Assembly (NCBI GenBank): GCA_031409655.1
Contig: JANNXQ010000187.1
Coordinates: 71,515 to 135,514, forward strand
DNA: 64,000 bases
Origin: Chthoniobacteraceae bacterium
GTDB taxonomy: Bacteria; Verrucomicrobiota; Verrucomicrobiia; Chthoniobacterales; Chthoniobacteraceae
Direction: 5' to 3'
The translations under genes and the position numbers were made by a program. Numbering within the stretch: the stretch's first letter is position 1; each line of letters begins with the position of its first letter. The notes under the pieces are model-generated. The model ran no database searches. It was not told the origin of the DNA and saw nothing but the letters and a program-made list of their open reading frames with translations. Below, piece after piece: positions 63,655 to 64,000 of this stretch.

Positions 63655-64000
63655 CTACGCCAGCAGTTCTTTCACCACCGCGCCCGTGCCGTCGGGCGTA
63701 GTGTAAAAGGGCCGCGCCTCGATCTCGTAGTGCGTGTCCGGCGCGATGCCGAGGCAGTGGTGAATCGTCTGATGCAGGTCGGCGATGGTGACCGGATTTT
63801 CGATCGCCTTGCACGGGCGCTCGTCGGCCGTTTTGCCGTGGACGTAGCCGCGCTTCACCCCGCCGCCAAACAGCAGCACCGAGCCCGCGCCGGTGAAGTG
63901 GCGGTGCAGGCCGTAGTGCTTCGCCTCGGTCAGGACGGCGGGCGCTTTGCGCAGATCGATGCCGGGCGTCGCCGGGTTTTCGGCCGAGCCTTCGACCATC
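63655..64000 (-). CDS. DUF1501-family protein, C-terminal part (starts beyond window)
   Basis: HYGLHRHF, LLFGGGVKRGYVHGKTAD, VTIADLHQTIHHCLGI. Confidence 0.85.
   Translation of the reverse strand, partial: MVEGSAENPATPGIDLRKAPAVLTEAKHYGLHRHFTGAGSVLLFGGGVKRGYVHGKTADERPCKAIENPVTIADLHQTIHHCLGIAPDTHYEIEARPFYTTPDGTGAVVKELLA

Overview
High-GC bacterial DNA. The gene content (PEP-CTERM protein, DUF1080, DUF4838, DUF1501, sulfatases, FecR-type anti-sigma, giant Ig-rich surface proteins) points to a verrucomicrobium or other PVC-group host; this is inference. Four blocks: (1) 1-7.8 kb, a minus-strand metal-acquisition cluster (TonB receptor, HMA, YHS, His-rich beta-barrel, CorA/MopE-like PEP-CTERM protein, beta-propeller/di-heme cytochrome c enzyme). 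(2) 7.9-22.7 kb, two divergent ~2000-aa surface enzymes, a FabZ-like gene, lipoproteins, argC and tRNA-Pro(GGG). (3) 22.7-47.6 kb, a ~24.9-kb island bounded by a perfect 47-bp repeat of the tRNA 3' end, carrying an atypical tyrosine integrase, an excisionase-like gene and polysaccharide-degradation cargo. (4) 47.6-64 kb, decayed mobile-element fragments, a G8/DUF4838/sialidase cluster and a tandem unknown gene family. Best candidate for an undescribed system: an ECF sigma factor whose FecR-type anti-sigma ends in a complete GH6 domain that is a close paralog of the GH6 domain of a GH6-CBM2-GH5 cellulase 15 kb away. The same TGTAAC-N15-CGTTAC motif precedes both the sigma gene and the cellulase. 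Second candidate: a CorA/MopE-like copper protein paired with a di-heme enzyme. All family calls are motif recognition by eye; no searches were run.
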